Source: Eledone cirrhosa (taxonomy: Eukaryota). From it: a stretch of DNA of 64,000 bases. The notes under the pieces are model-generated. The model saw only the letters and a program-made list of their open reading frames with translations. It had not been told where the DNA came from and searched no databases. The position numbers and the translations under genes are program-made. Where the stretch lies: contig OZ024745.1 of assembly GCA_964016885.1 (NCBI GenBank), positions 66,216,001-66,280,000 on the forward strand, in the 5' to 3' direction. The number at the start of each line of letters is the position of its first letter. Positions within the stretch are counted from its first letter, which is position 1. Shown here in pieces: positions 15,001 to 27,000 of this stretch.

Positions 15001-18000
15001 GGTGGTGGTATTGACGTTGGTGGTATTGTGCTCACTGGTAGTGGTGGTGGTGGTGGTGGTAATGACGTTGCTGGTATTGTGATCACTGGTAGTGGTGGTG
15101 GTCGTGGTAATGACGCTGGTGGTATTGTGCCCAGTGGTGGTGGTGGTGGTGGTGGTAATGACGTTGGTGGTATTGTGCTCACTGGTAGTGGTGGTGGTGG
15201 TGGTAATGACGTTGGTGGTATTGTGCCCAGTGGTGGTGGTGGTGGTGGTGGTAATGACGCTGGTGGTATTGTGCCGAGTGGTGGTGGTGGTGGTGGTGGT
15301 GGTAATGACGTTGCTGGTATTGTGCTCACTGTTAGTGGTGGTAATGGTGGTAATGACGTTGGTGGTATTGTGCTCACTGGTAGTGGTGGTGGTGGTGGTA
15401 ATGACGTTGGTGGTATTGTGCTCACTGGTAGTAGTGGTGGTGGTGGTAATGACGTTGGTGGTATTGTGCTCACTGGTGTTGGTGGTGGTGGTGGTAATGA
15501 CGCTGGTGGTGTTGTGCTCACTGGTAGTGGTGGTGGTGGTGGTGGTATTGACGTTGGTGGTATTGTGCTCACTGGTAGTGGTGGTGGTGGTGGTGGTAAT
15601 GACGTTGGTGGTATTGTGCTCACTGGTAGTGGTGGTGGTGGTGGTGGTAATGACGTTGGTGGTATTGTGCTCACTGGTAGTGGTGGTGGTGGTGGTGGTA
15701 ATGACGTTGGTGGTATTGTGCTCACTGGTAGTAGTGGCGGTGGTGGTATTGACGTTGGTGGTATTGTGCTCAGTGGTGGTGGTGGTAATGACGTTGGTGG
15801 TATTGTGCTCACTGGTAGTGGTGGTGGTGGTGGTGGTAATGACGTTGGTGGTATTGTGCTCACTGTTAGTGGTGGTGGTGGTGGTAATGACGTTGGTGGT
15901 ATTGTGCTCAGTGGTGGTGGTGGTGGTGGTGGTAATGACGTTGGTGGTATTGTGCTCACTGGTAGTGGTGGTGGTGGTGGTAATGACGTTGGTGGTATTG
16001 TGCTCACTGGTAGTGGTGGTGGTGGTAATGACGTTGCTGGTATTGTGCTAAATGGTAGTGGTGGTGGTGGTAATGACGTTGGTGGTATTGTGCTCACTGG
16101 TAGTGGTGGTGGTAGTAATGACGTTGGTGGTATTGTGCTCACTGGTAGTGGTGGTGGTGGTGGTAATGACGTTGGTGGTATTTTGCTCACTGGTAGTGGT
16201 GGTGGTGGTAATGACGTTGGTGGTATTGTGCTCACTGGTAGTGGTGGTGGTGGTGGTAATGACGTTGGAGGTATTGTGCTCACTGGTAGTGGTGGTGGTG
16301 GTGGTGGTAATGACGTTGGTGGTATTGTGCTCACTGGTAGTGGTGGTGGTGGTGGTAATGACGTTGGTGGTATTGTGCTCACTGGTAGTAGTGGTGGTGG
16401 TGGTGGTAATGACGTTGGTGGTATTGTGCTCACTGGTAGTAGTGGTGGTGGTGGTAATGACGTTGGTGGTATTGTGCTCACTGGTAGTGGTGGTGGTGGT
16501 GGTGGTGGTAATGACGTTGGTGGTATTGTGCTCACTGGTAGTAGTGGTGGTGGTGGTAATGACGTTGGTGGTATTGTGCTCACTGGTAGTAGTGGTGGTG
16601 GTGGTGGTAATGACGTTTGTGGTATTGTGCTCACTGGTAGTGGTGGTGGTGGTGGTAATGACGTTGGTGGTATTGTGCTCACTGGTAGTAGTGGTGGTGG
16701 TGGTGGTAATGACGTTGGTGGTATTGTGCTCACTGGTAGTAGTGGTGGTGGTGGTAATGACGTTGGGGGTATTGTGCTCACTGGTAGTGGTGGTGGAGGT
16801 GGTGGTAATGACGTTGGTGGTATTGTGCTCACTGGTAGTGGTGGTGGTGGTGGTAATGACGTTGGTGGTATTGTGCTCACTGGTAGTAGTGGTGGTGGTG
16901 GTAATGACGTTGGTGGTATTGTGCTCACTGGTAGTGGTGGTGGTGGTGGTGGTAATGACGTTGGTGGTATTGTGCTCACTGGTAGTAGTGGTGGTGGTGG
17001 TAATGACGCTGGTGGTATTGTGCTCACTGGTTTGTAGTGGTGGTGGTGGTGGTAATGACGTTGGTGGTATTGTGCTCACTGGTAGTAGTGGTGTTGGTGG
17101 TAATGACGCTGGTGGTATTGTGCTCAGTGGTGGTGGTGGTGGTGGTGGTAATGACGTTGGTGGTATTGTGCTCAGTGGTGGTGGTGGTGGTGGTGGTAAT
17201 GACGTTGGTGGTATTGTGCTCACTGGTAGTGGTGGTGGTGGTGGTAATGACGTTGGTGGTATTGTGTTCACTGGTAGTGGTGGTGGTGGTAATGATGTTG
17301 ATGGTATTGTGCTCACTGGTAGTGGTGGTGGTGGTGGTAATGACGTTGGTGGTATTGTGCTCACTGGTAGTAGTGGTGGTGGTGGTATTGACGTTGGTGG
17401 TATTGTGCTCACTGGTAGTAGTGGTGGTGGTGGTGGTAATGACGTTGGTGGTATTGTGCTCACTGGTAGTAGTGGTGGTGGTGGTAATGACGTTGGGGGT
17501 ATTGTGCTCACTGGTAGTGGTGGTGGAGGTGGTGGTAATGACGTTGGTGGTATTGTGCTCACTGGTAGTGGTGGTGGTGGTGGTAATGACGTTGGTGGTA
17601 TTGTGCTCACTGGTAGTAGTGGTGGTGGTGGTAATGACGTTGGTGGTATTGTGCTCACTGGTAGTGGTGGTGGTGGTGGTGGTAATGACGTTGGTGGTAT
17701 TGTGCTCACTGGTAGTAGTGGTGGTGGTGGTAATGACGCTGGTGGTATTGTGCTCACTGGTTTGTAGTGGTGGTGGTGGTGGTAATGACGTTGGTGGTAT
17801 TGTGCTCACTGGTAGTAGTGGTGTTGGTGGTAATGACGCTGGTGGTATTGTGCTCAGTGGTGGTGGTGGTGGTGGTGGTAATGACGTTGGTGGTATTGTG
17901 CTCAGTGGTGGTGGTGGTGGTGGTGGTAATGACGTTGGTGGTATTGTGCTCACTGGTAGTGGTGGTGGTGGTGGTAATGACGTTGGTGGTATTGTGTTCA

Positions 18001-21000
18001 CTGGTAGTGGTGGTGGTGGTAATGATGTTGATGGTATTGTGCTCACTGGTAGTGGTGGTGGTGGTGGTAATGACGTTGGTGGTATTGTGCTCACTGGTAG
18101 TAGTGGTGGTGGTGGTATTGACGTTGGTGGTATTGTGCTCACTGGTGGTGGTGGTGGTGGTAATGACGTTGGTGGTATTGTGCTCAGTGGTGGTCGTGGT
18201 GGTGGTGGTGGTAATGACGATGGTGGTATTGTGCTCAGTGGTGGTGGTGGTGGTGGTGGTAATGACGTTGGTGGTATTGTGCTCAGTGGTGGTGGTGGTG
18301 GTGGTGGTGGTAATGATGTTGGTGGTATTGTGCTCAGTGGTGGTGGTGGTGGTGGTGGTAATGACGTTGGTGGTATTGTGCTCAGTGGTGGTGGTGGTGG
18401 TGGTGGTGGTGGTAATGATGTTGGTGGTATTGTGCTCAATGCTGGTGGTGGTGGTGGTGGTAATGACGTTGGTGGTATTGTGCTCAGTGGTGGTGGTGGT
18501 GGTGGTGGTGGTAATGATGTTGGTGGTATTGTGCTCACTGGTGGTGGTAATGACGTTGGTGGTATTGTGCTCAGTGGTGGTGGTGGTGGTGTTAATGACG
18601 TTGGTGGTATTGTGCTCAGTGGTGGTGGTGGTGGTAATGACGTTGGTGGTATTTTGCTCACTGGTAGTGGTGGTGGTGGTGGTAATGACGTTGGTGGTAT
18701 TGTGCTCAGTGGTGGTGGTGGTGGTGCTGGTAATGACGTTGGTGGTATTGTGCTCAGTGGTGGTGGTGGTGGTGGTGGTAATGACGTTGGTGGTATTTTG
18801 CTCACTGGTGGTGGTGGTGGTGGTAATGACGTTGGTGGTATTGTGCTCACTGGTAGTGGTGGTGGTGGTGGTAATGACGTTGGTGGTATTGTACTCACTG
18901 GTAGTAGTGGTGGTGGTGGTAATGACGTTGGTGGTATTGTGCTCAGTGGTGGTGGTGGTGGTGGTGGTAATGACGTTGGTGGTATTGTGCTAAATGGTAG
19001 TGGTGGTGGTGGTGGTAATGACGTTGGGGGTATTGTACTCACTGGTAGTGGTGGTGGTGGTGGTAATGACGTTGGGGGTATTGTACTCACTGGTAGTGGC
19101 GGTGGTGGTGGTAATGACGTTGGTGGTATTGTGCTCACTGGTGGTGGTGGTGGTGGTGGTGGTAGTGACGCTGGTGTTATTGTGCTCACTGGTGGTGGTG
19201 GTGGTGGTAATGACGTTGGTGGTATTGTGTTCACTGGTAGTGGTGGTGGTGGTAATGATGTTGATGGTATTGTGCTCACTGGTAGTGGTGGTGGTGGTGG
19301 TAATGACGTTGGTGGTATTGTGCTCACTGGTAGTAGTGGTGGTGGTGGTAGTGACGTTGGTGGTATTGTGCTCACTGGTAGTGGTGGTGGTGGTGGTATT
19401 GACGTTGGTGGTATTGTGCTCACTGGTAGTAGTGGTGGTGGTGGTATTGACGTTGGTGGTATTGTGCTCAGTGGTGGTGGTGGTGGTGGTAATGACGTTG
19501 GTGGTATTGTGCTCACTGGTAGTGGTGGCGGTGGTGGTGGTAATGACGTTGGTGGTATTGTGCTCACTGGTAGTGGTGGTGGTGGTAATGACGTTGGTGG
19601 TATTGTGCTCAGTGGTGGTGGTGGTGGTGGTGGTAATGACGTTGGTGGTATTGTGCTCACTGGTAGTGGTGGTGGTGGTGGTAATGACGTTGGTGGTATT
19701 GTGATCACTGGTAGTAGTAGTGGTGGTGGTGGTAATGACGTTGGTGGTATTGTGCTCAATGGTAGTAGTGGTGGTGGTAATGACGTTGGTGGTATTGTGC
19801 TCACTGGTAGTGGTGGTGGTGGTGGTAATGACGTTGGTGGTATTGTGCTCACTGGTAGTGGTGGTGGTGGTAATGACGTTGGTGGTATTGTGCTCACTGG
19901 TAGTGGTGGTGGTGGTGGTGGTAATGACGTTGGTGGTATTGTGCTCACTGGTAGTGGTGGTGGTGGTGGTGGTAATGACGTTGGTGGTATTGTGATCACT
20001 GGTAGTAGTAGTGGTGGTGGTGGTAATGACGTTGGTGGTATTGTGCTCACTGGTAGTAGTGGTGTTGGTGGTAATGACGCTGGTGGTATTGTGCTCAGTG
20101 GTGGTGGTGGTGGTGGTGGTGGTGGTGGTGGTGGTAATGACGTTGGTGGTATTGTGCTCAGTGGTGGTGGTGGTGGTGGTGGTGGTAATGACGTTGGTGG
20201 TATTGTGCTCACTGGTAGTGGTGGTGGTGGTGGTAATGACGTTGGTGGTATTGTGTTCACTGGTAGTGGTGGTGGTGGTAATGACGTTGGTGGTATTGTG
20301 CTCACTGGTAGTGGTGGTGGTGGTGGTAATGACGTTGGTGGTATTGTGCTCAGTGGTGGTGGTGGTGGTGGTGGTAATGACAATGCTGGTATTGTGCTCA
20401 GTGGTGGTGGTGGTGGTGCTGGTAATGACGTTGGTGGTATTGTGCTCAGTGGTGGTGGTGGTGGTGGTGGTGGTAATGATGTTGGTGGTATTGTGCTCAG
20501 TGGTGGTGGTGGTGGTGGTGGTGGTAATGACGATGCTGGTATTGTGCTCAGTGGTGGTGGTGGTGGTGCTGGTAATGACGTTGGTGGTATTGTGCTCAGT
20601 GGTGGTGGTGGTGGTGGTGGTGGTAATGATGTTGGTGGTATTGTGCTCAGTGGTGGTGGTGGTGGTGGTGGTAATGACGTTGGTGGTATTGTGCTCAGTG
20701 GTGGTGGTGGTGGTGGTGGTGGTGGTAATGATGTTGGTGGTATTGTGCTCACTGGTAGTGGTGGTGGTGGTGGTAATGACGTTGGTGGTATTGTGCTCAC
20801 TGGTAGTGGTGGTGGTGGTGGTAATGACGTTGATGGTATTGTGCTCAGTGGTGGTGGTGGTGGTGGTGGTGGTAATGACGATGCTGGTATTGTGCTCAGT
20901 GGTGGTGGTGGTGGTGGTAATGACGTTGGTGGTATTGTGCTCAGTGGTGGTGGTGGTGGTGGTAGTGGTGGTAATGATGTTGGTGGTATTGTGCTCAGTG

Positions 21001-24000
21001 GTGGTGGTGGTGGTGGTGGTGGTAATGACGTTGGTGGTATTGTGCTCAGTGGTGGTGGTGGTGGTGGTAATGATGTTGGTGGTATTGTGCACAATGGTGG
21101 TGGTGGTGGTGGTAATGACGTTGGTGGTATTGTGCTCAGTGGTGGTGGTGGTGGTGGTGGTGGTAATGACGTTGGTGGTATTGTGCTCACTGGTGGTGGT
21201 GGTGGTGGTGGTAATGACGTTGGTGGTATTGTGCTCAGTGGTGGTGGTGGTGGTGGTGGTAATGACGTTGGTGGTATTGTGCTCAGTGGTGGTGGTAATG
21301 ACGTTGGTGGTATTTTGCTCACTGGTAGTGGTGGTGGTGGTGGTAATGACGTTGGTGGTATTGTGCTCAGTGGTGGTGGTGGTGGTGGTAATGACGTTGG
21401 TGGTATTGTGCTCAGTGATGGTGGTGGTGGTAATGACGTTGGTGGTATTTTGCTCACTGGTAGTGGTGGTGGTGGTGGTAATGACGTTGGTGGTATTTTG
21501 CTCACTGGTGGTGGTGGTGGTGGTAATGACGTTGGTGGTATTGTGCTCACTGGTAGTGGTGGTGGTGGTGGTGGTAATGACGTTGGTGGTATTGTGCTCA
21601 GTGGTGGTGGTGGTGGTGGTGGTGGTAATGATGTTGGTGGTATTGTGCTCAGTGGTGGTGGTGGTGGTGGTGGTAATGACGTTGGTGGTATTGTGCTCAG
21701 TGGTGGTGGTTGTGGTGGTGGTAATGACGTTGGTGGTATTGTGCTCACTGGTAGTGGTGGTGGTGGTGGTAATGACGTTGGTGGTATTGTGTTCACTGGT
21801 AGTGGTGGTGGTGGTAATGACGTTGGTGGTATTGTGCTCACTGGTAGTGGTGGTGGTGGTGGTAATGACGTTGGTGGTATTGTGCTCAGTGGTGGCGGTG
21901 GTGGTGGTGGTGGTAATGACGATGCTGGTATTGTGCTCAGTGGTGGTGGTGGTGGTGCTGGTAATGACGTTGGTGGTATTGTGCTCAGTGGTGGTGGTGG
22001 TGGTGGTGGTGGTGGTGGTGGTAATGATGTTGGTGGTATTGTGCTCAGTGGTGGTGGTGGTGGTGGTGGTAATGACGTTGGTGGTATTGTGCTCAGTGGT
22101 GGTGGTGGTGGTGGTGGTGGTAATGATGTTGGTGGTATTGTGCTCACTGGTAGTGGTGGTGGTGGTGGTAATGACGTTGGTGGTATTGTGCTCACTGGTA
22201 GTGGTGGTGGTGGTGGTAATGACGTTGGTGGTATTGTGCTCAGTGGTGGTGGTGGTGGTGGTGGTGGTAATGACGATGCTGGTATTGTGCTCAGTGGTGG
22301 TGGTGGTGGTGGTGGTAATGACGTTGGTGGTATTGTGCTCAGTGGTGGTGGTGGTGGTGGTGGTGGTAATGATGTTGGTGGTATTGTGCTCAGTGGTGGT
22401 GGTGGTGATGGTGGTGGTAATGATGTTGGTGGTATTGTGCTCAATGGTGGTGGTGGTGGTGGTGGTGGTAATGACGTTGGTGGTATTGTGCTCAGTGGTG
22501 GTGGTGGTGGTGGTGGTGGTGGTGGTAATGACGTTGGTGGTATGGTGCTCACTGGTGGTGGTGGTGGTGGTGGTAATGACGTTGGTGGTATTGTGCTCAC
22601 TGGTGGTGGTGGTGGTGGTAATGACGTTGGTGGTATTGTGCTCAGTGGCGGTCGTGGTGGTGGTGGTGGTAATGACGATGGTGGTATTGTGCTCAGTGGT
22701 GGTGGTGGTGGTGGTGGTAATGACGTTGGTGGTATTGTGCTCAGTGGTGGTGGTGGTGGTGGTGGTGGTAATGATGTTGGTGGTATTGTGCTCAGTGGTG
22801 GTGGTGGTGGTGGTGGTAATGACGTTGGTGGTATTGTGCTCAGTGGTGGTGGTGGTGGTGGTGGTGGTGGTAATGATGTTGGTGGTATTGTGCTCAATGG
22901 AGGTGGTGGTGGTGGTGGTAATGACGTTGGTGGTATTGTGCTCAGTGGTGGTGGTGGTGGTGGTGGTGGTAATGATGTTGGTGGTATTGTGCTCACTGGT
23001 GGTGGTAATGACGTTGGTGGTATTGTGCTCAGTGGTGGTGGTGGTGGTGGTGTTAATGACGTTGGTGGTATTGTGCTCAGTGGTGGTGGTGGTGGTAATG
23101 ACGTTGGTGGTATTTTGCTCACTGGTAGTGGTGGTGGTGGTGGTAATGACGTTGGTGGTATTGTGCTCAGTGGTGGTGGTGGTGGTGGTGGTAATGACGT
23201 TGGTGGTATTGTGCTCAGTGGTGGTGGTGGTGGTGGTGGTAATGACGTTGGTGGTATTTTGCTCACTGGTGGTGGTGGTGGTGGTAATGACGTTGGTGGT
23301 ATTGTGCTCACTGGTAGTGGTGGTGGTGGTGGTAATGACGTTGGTGGTATTGTACTCACTGGTAGTAGTGGTAATGGTGGTAATGACGTTGGTGGTATTG
23401 TGCTCAGTGGTGGTGGTGGTGGTGGTGGTAATGACGTTGGTGGTATTGTGCTAAATGGTAGCGGTGGTGGTGGTGGTAATGACGTTGGGGGTATTGTACT
23501 CACTGGTAGTGGTGGTGGTGGTGGTAATGACGTTGGGGGTATTGTACTCACTGGTAGTGGCGGTGGTGGTGGTAATGACGTTGGTGGTATTGTGCTCACT
23601 GGTGGTGGTGGTGGTGGTGGTGGTAGTGACGCTGGTGTTATTGTGCTCACTGGTGGTGGTGGTGGTGGTAATGACGTTGGTGGTATTGTGTTCACTGGTA
23701 GTGGTGGTGGTGGTAATGATGTTGATGGTATTGTGCTCACTGGTAGTGGTGGTGGTGGTGGTAATGACGTTGGTGGTATTGTGCTCACTGGTAGTAGTGG
23801 TGGTGGTGGTAGTGACGTTGGTGGTATTGTGCTCACTGGTAGTGGTGGTGGTGGTGGTATTGACGTTGGTGGTATTGTGCTCACTGGTAGTAGTGGTGGT
23901 GGTGGTATTGACGTTGGTGGTATTGTGCTCAGTGGTGGTGGTGGTGGTGGTAATGACGTTGGTGGTATTGTGCTCACTGGTAGTGGTGGCGGTGGTGGTG

Positions 24001-27000
24001 GTAATGACGTTGGTGGTATTGTGCTCACTGGTAGTGGTGGTGGTGGTAATGACGTTGGTGGTATTGTGCTCAGTGGTGGTGGTGGTGGTAATGACGTTGG
24101 TGGTATTGTGCTCACTGGTAGTGGTGGTGGTGGTGGTAATGACGTTGGTGGTATTGTGATCACTGGTAGTAGTAGTGGTGGTGGTGGTAATGACGTTGGT
24201 GGTATTGTGCTCACTGGTAGTAGTGGTGGTGGTAATGACGTTGGTGGTATTGTGCTCACTGGTAGTGGTGGTGGTGGTGGTAATGACGTTGGTGGTATTG
24301 TGCTCACTGGTAGTGGTGGTGGTGGTAATGACGTTGGTGGTATTGTGCTCACTGGTAGTGGTGGTGGTGGTGGTGGTAATGACGTTGGTGGTATTGTGCT
24401 CACTGGTAGTGGTGGTGGTGGTGGTGGTAATGACGTTGGTGGTATTGTGATCACTGGTAGTAGTAGTGGTGGTGGTGGTAATGACGTTGGTGGTATTGTG
24501 CTCACTGGTAGTAGTGGTGTTGGTGGTAATGACGCTGGTGGTATTGTGCTCAGTGGTGGTGGTGGTGGTGGTGGTGGTGGTGGTGGTGGTAATGACGTTG
24601 GTGGTATTGTGCTCAGTGGTGGTGGTGGTGGTGGTGGTGGTAATGACGTTGGTGGTATTGTGCTCACTGGTAGTGGTGGTGGTGGTGGTAATGACGTTGG
24701 TGGTATTGTGTTCACTGGTAGTGGTGGTGGTGGTAATGACGTTGGTGGTATTGTGCTCACTGGTAGTGGTGGTGGTGGTGGTAATGACGTTGGTGGTATT
24801 GTGCTCAGTGGTGGTGGTGGTGGTGGTGGTAATGACAATGCTGGTATTGTGCTCAGTGGTGGTGGTGGTGGTGCTGGTAATGACGTTGGTGGTATTGTGC
24901 TCAGTGGTGGTGGTGGTGGTGGTGGTGGTAATGATGTTGGTGGTATTGTGCTCAGTGGTGGTGGTGGTGGTGGTGGTGGTAATGACGATGCTGGTATTGT
25001 GCTCAGTGGTGGTGGTGGTGGTGCTGGTAATGACGTTGGTGGTATTGTGCTCAGTGGTGGTGGTGGTGGTGGTGGTAATGACGTTGGTGGTATTGTGCTC
25101 AGTGGTGGTGGTGGTGGTGGTGGTGGTGGTAATGATGTTGGTGGTATTGTGCTCACTGGTAGTGGTGGTGGTGGTGGTAATGACGTTGGTGGTATTGTGC
25201 TCACTGGTAGTGGTGGTGGTGGTGGTAATGACGTTGGTGGTATTGTGCTCAGTGGTGGTGGTGGTGGTGGTGGTGGTAATGACGATGCTGGTATTGTGCT
25301 CAGTGGTGGTGGTGGTGGTGGTAATGACGTTGGTGGTATTGTGCTCAGTGGTGGTGGTGGTGGTGGTAGTGGTGGTAATGATGTTGGTGGTATTGTGCTC
25401 AGTGGTGGTGGTGGTGGTGGTGGTAATGACGTTGGTGGTATTGTGCTCAGTGGTGGTGGTGGTGGTGGTAATGATGTTGGTGGTATTGTGCACAATGGTG
25501 GTGGTGGTGGTGGTAATGACGTTGGTGGTATTGTGCTCAGTGGTGGTGGTGGTGGTGGTGGTGGTAATGACGTTGGTGGTATTGTGCTCACTGGTGGTGG
25601 TGGTGGTGGTGGTGGTAATGACGTTGGTGGTATTGTGCTCAGTGGTGGTGGTGGTGGTGGTGGTAATGACGTTGGTGGTATTGTGCTCAGTGGTGGTGGT
25701 AATGACGTTGGTGGTATTTTGCTCACTGGTAGTGGTGGTGGTGGTGGTAATGACGTTGGTGGTATTGTGCTCAGTGGTGGTGGTGGTGGTGGTAATGACG
25801 TTGGTGGTATTGTGCTCAGTGATGGTGGTGGTGGTAATGACGTTGGTGGTATTTTGCTCACTGGTAGTGGTGGTGGTGGTGGTAATGACGTTGGTGGTAT
25901 TTTGCTCACTGGTGGTGGTGGTGGTGGTAATGACGTTGGTGGTATTGTGCTCACTGGTAGTGGTGGTGGTGGTGGTGGTAATGACGTTGGTGGTATTGTG
26001 CTCAGTGGTGGTGGTGGTGGTGGTGGTGGTAATGATGTTGGTGGTATTGTGCTCAGTGGTGGTGGTGGTGGTGGTGGTAATGACGTTGGTGGTATTGTGC
26101 TCAGTGGTGGTGGTTGTGGTGGTGGTAATGACGTTGGTGGTATTGTGCTCACTGGTAGTGGTGGTGGTGGTGGTAATGACGTTGGTGGTATTGTGTTCAC
26201 TGGTAGTGGTGGTGGTGGTAATGACGTTGGTGGTATTGTGCTCACTGGTAGTGGTGGTGGTGGTGGTAATGACGTTGGTGGTATTGTGCTCAGTGGTGGC
26301 GGTGGTGGTGGTGGTGGTAATGACGATGCTGGTATTGTGCTCAGTGGTGGTGGTGGTGGTGCTGGTAATGACGTTGGTGGTATTGTGCTCAGTGGTGGTG
26401 GTGGTGGTGGTGGTGGTGGTGGTGGTAATGATGTTGGTGGTATTGTGCTCAGTGGTGGTGGTGGTGGTGGTGGTAATGACGTTGGTGGTATTGTGCTCAG
26501 TGGTGGTGGTGGTGGTGGTGGTGGTAATGATGTTGGTGGTATTGTGCTCACTGGTAGTGGTGGTGGTGGTGGTAATGACGTTGGTGGTATTGTGCTCACT
26601 GGTAGTGGTGGTGGTGGTGGTAATGACGTTGGTGGTATTGTGCTCAGTGGTGGTGGTGGTGGTGGTGGTGGTAATGACGATGCTGGTATTGTGCTCAGTG
26701 GTGGTGGTGGTGGTGGTGGTAATGACGTTGGTGGTATTGTGCTCAGTGGTGGTGGTGGTGGTGGTGGTGGTGGTAATGATGTTGGTGGTATTGTGCTCAG
26801 TGGTGGTGGTGGTGATGGTGGTGGTAATGATGTTGGTGGTATTGTGCTCAATGGTGGTGGTGGTGGTGGTGGTGGTAATGACGTTGGTGGTATTGTGCTC
26901 AGTGGTGGTGGTGGTGGTGGTGGTGGTAATGACGTTGGTGGTATGGTGCTCACTGGTGGTGGTGGTGGTGGTGGTAATGACGTTGGTGGTATTGTGCTCA

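Noticed and set aside
3067-24540. Chi sites (GCTGGTGG) in GAC-GCT-GGT-GG variants
   Set aside because: One substitution from the repeat consensus, and Chi/RecBCD is bacterial.
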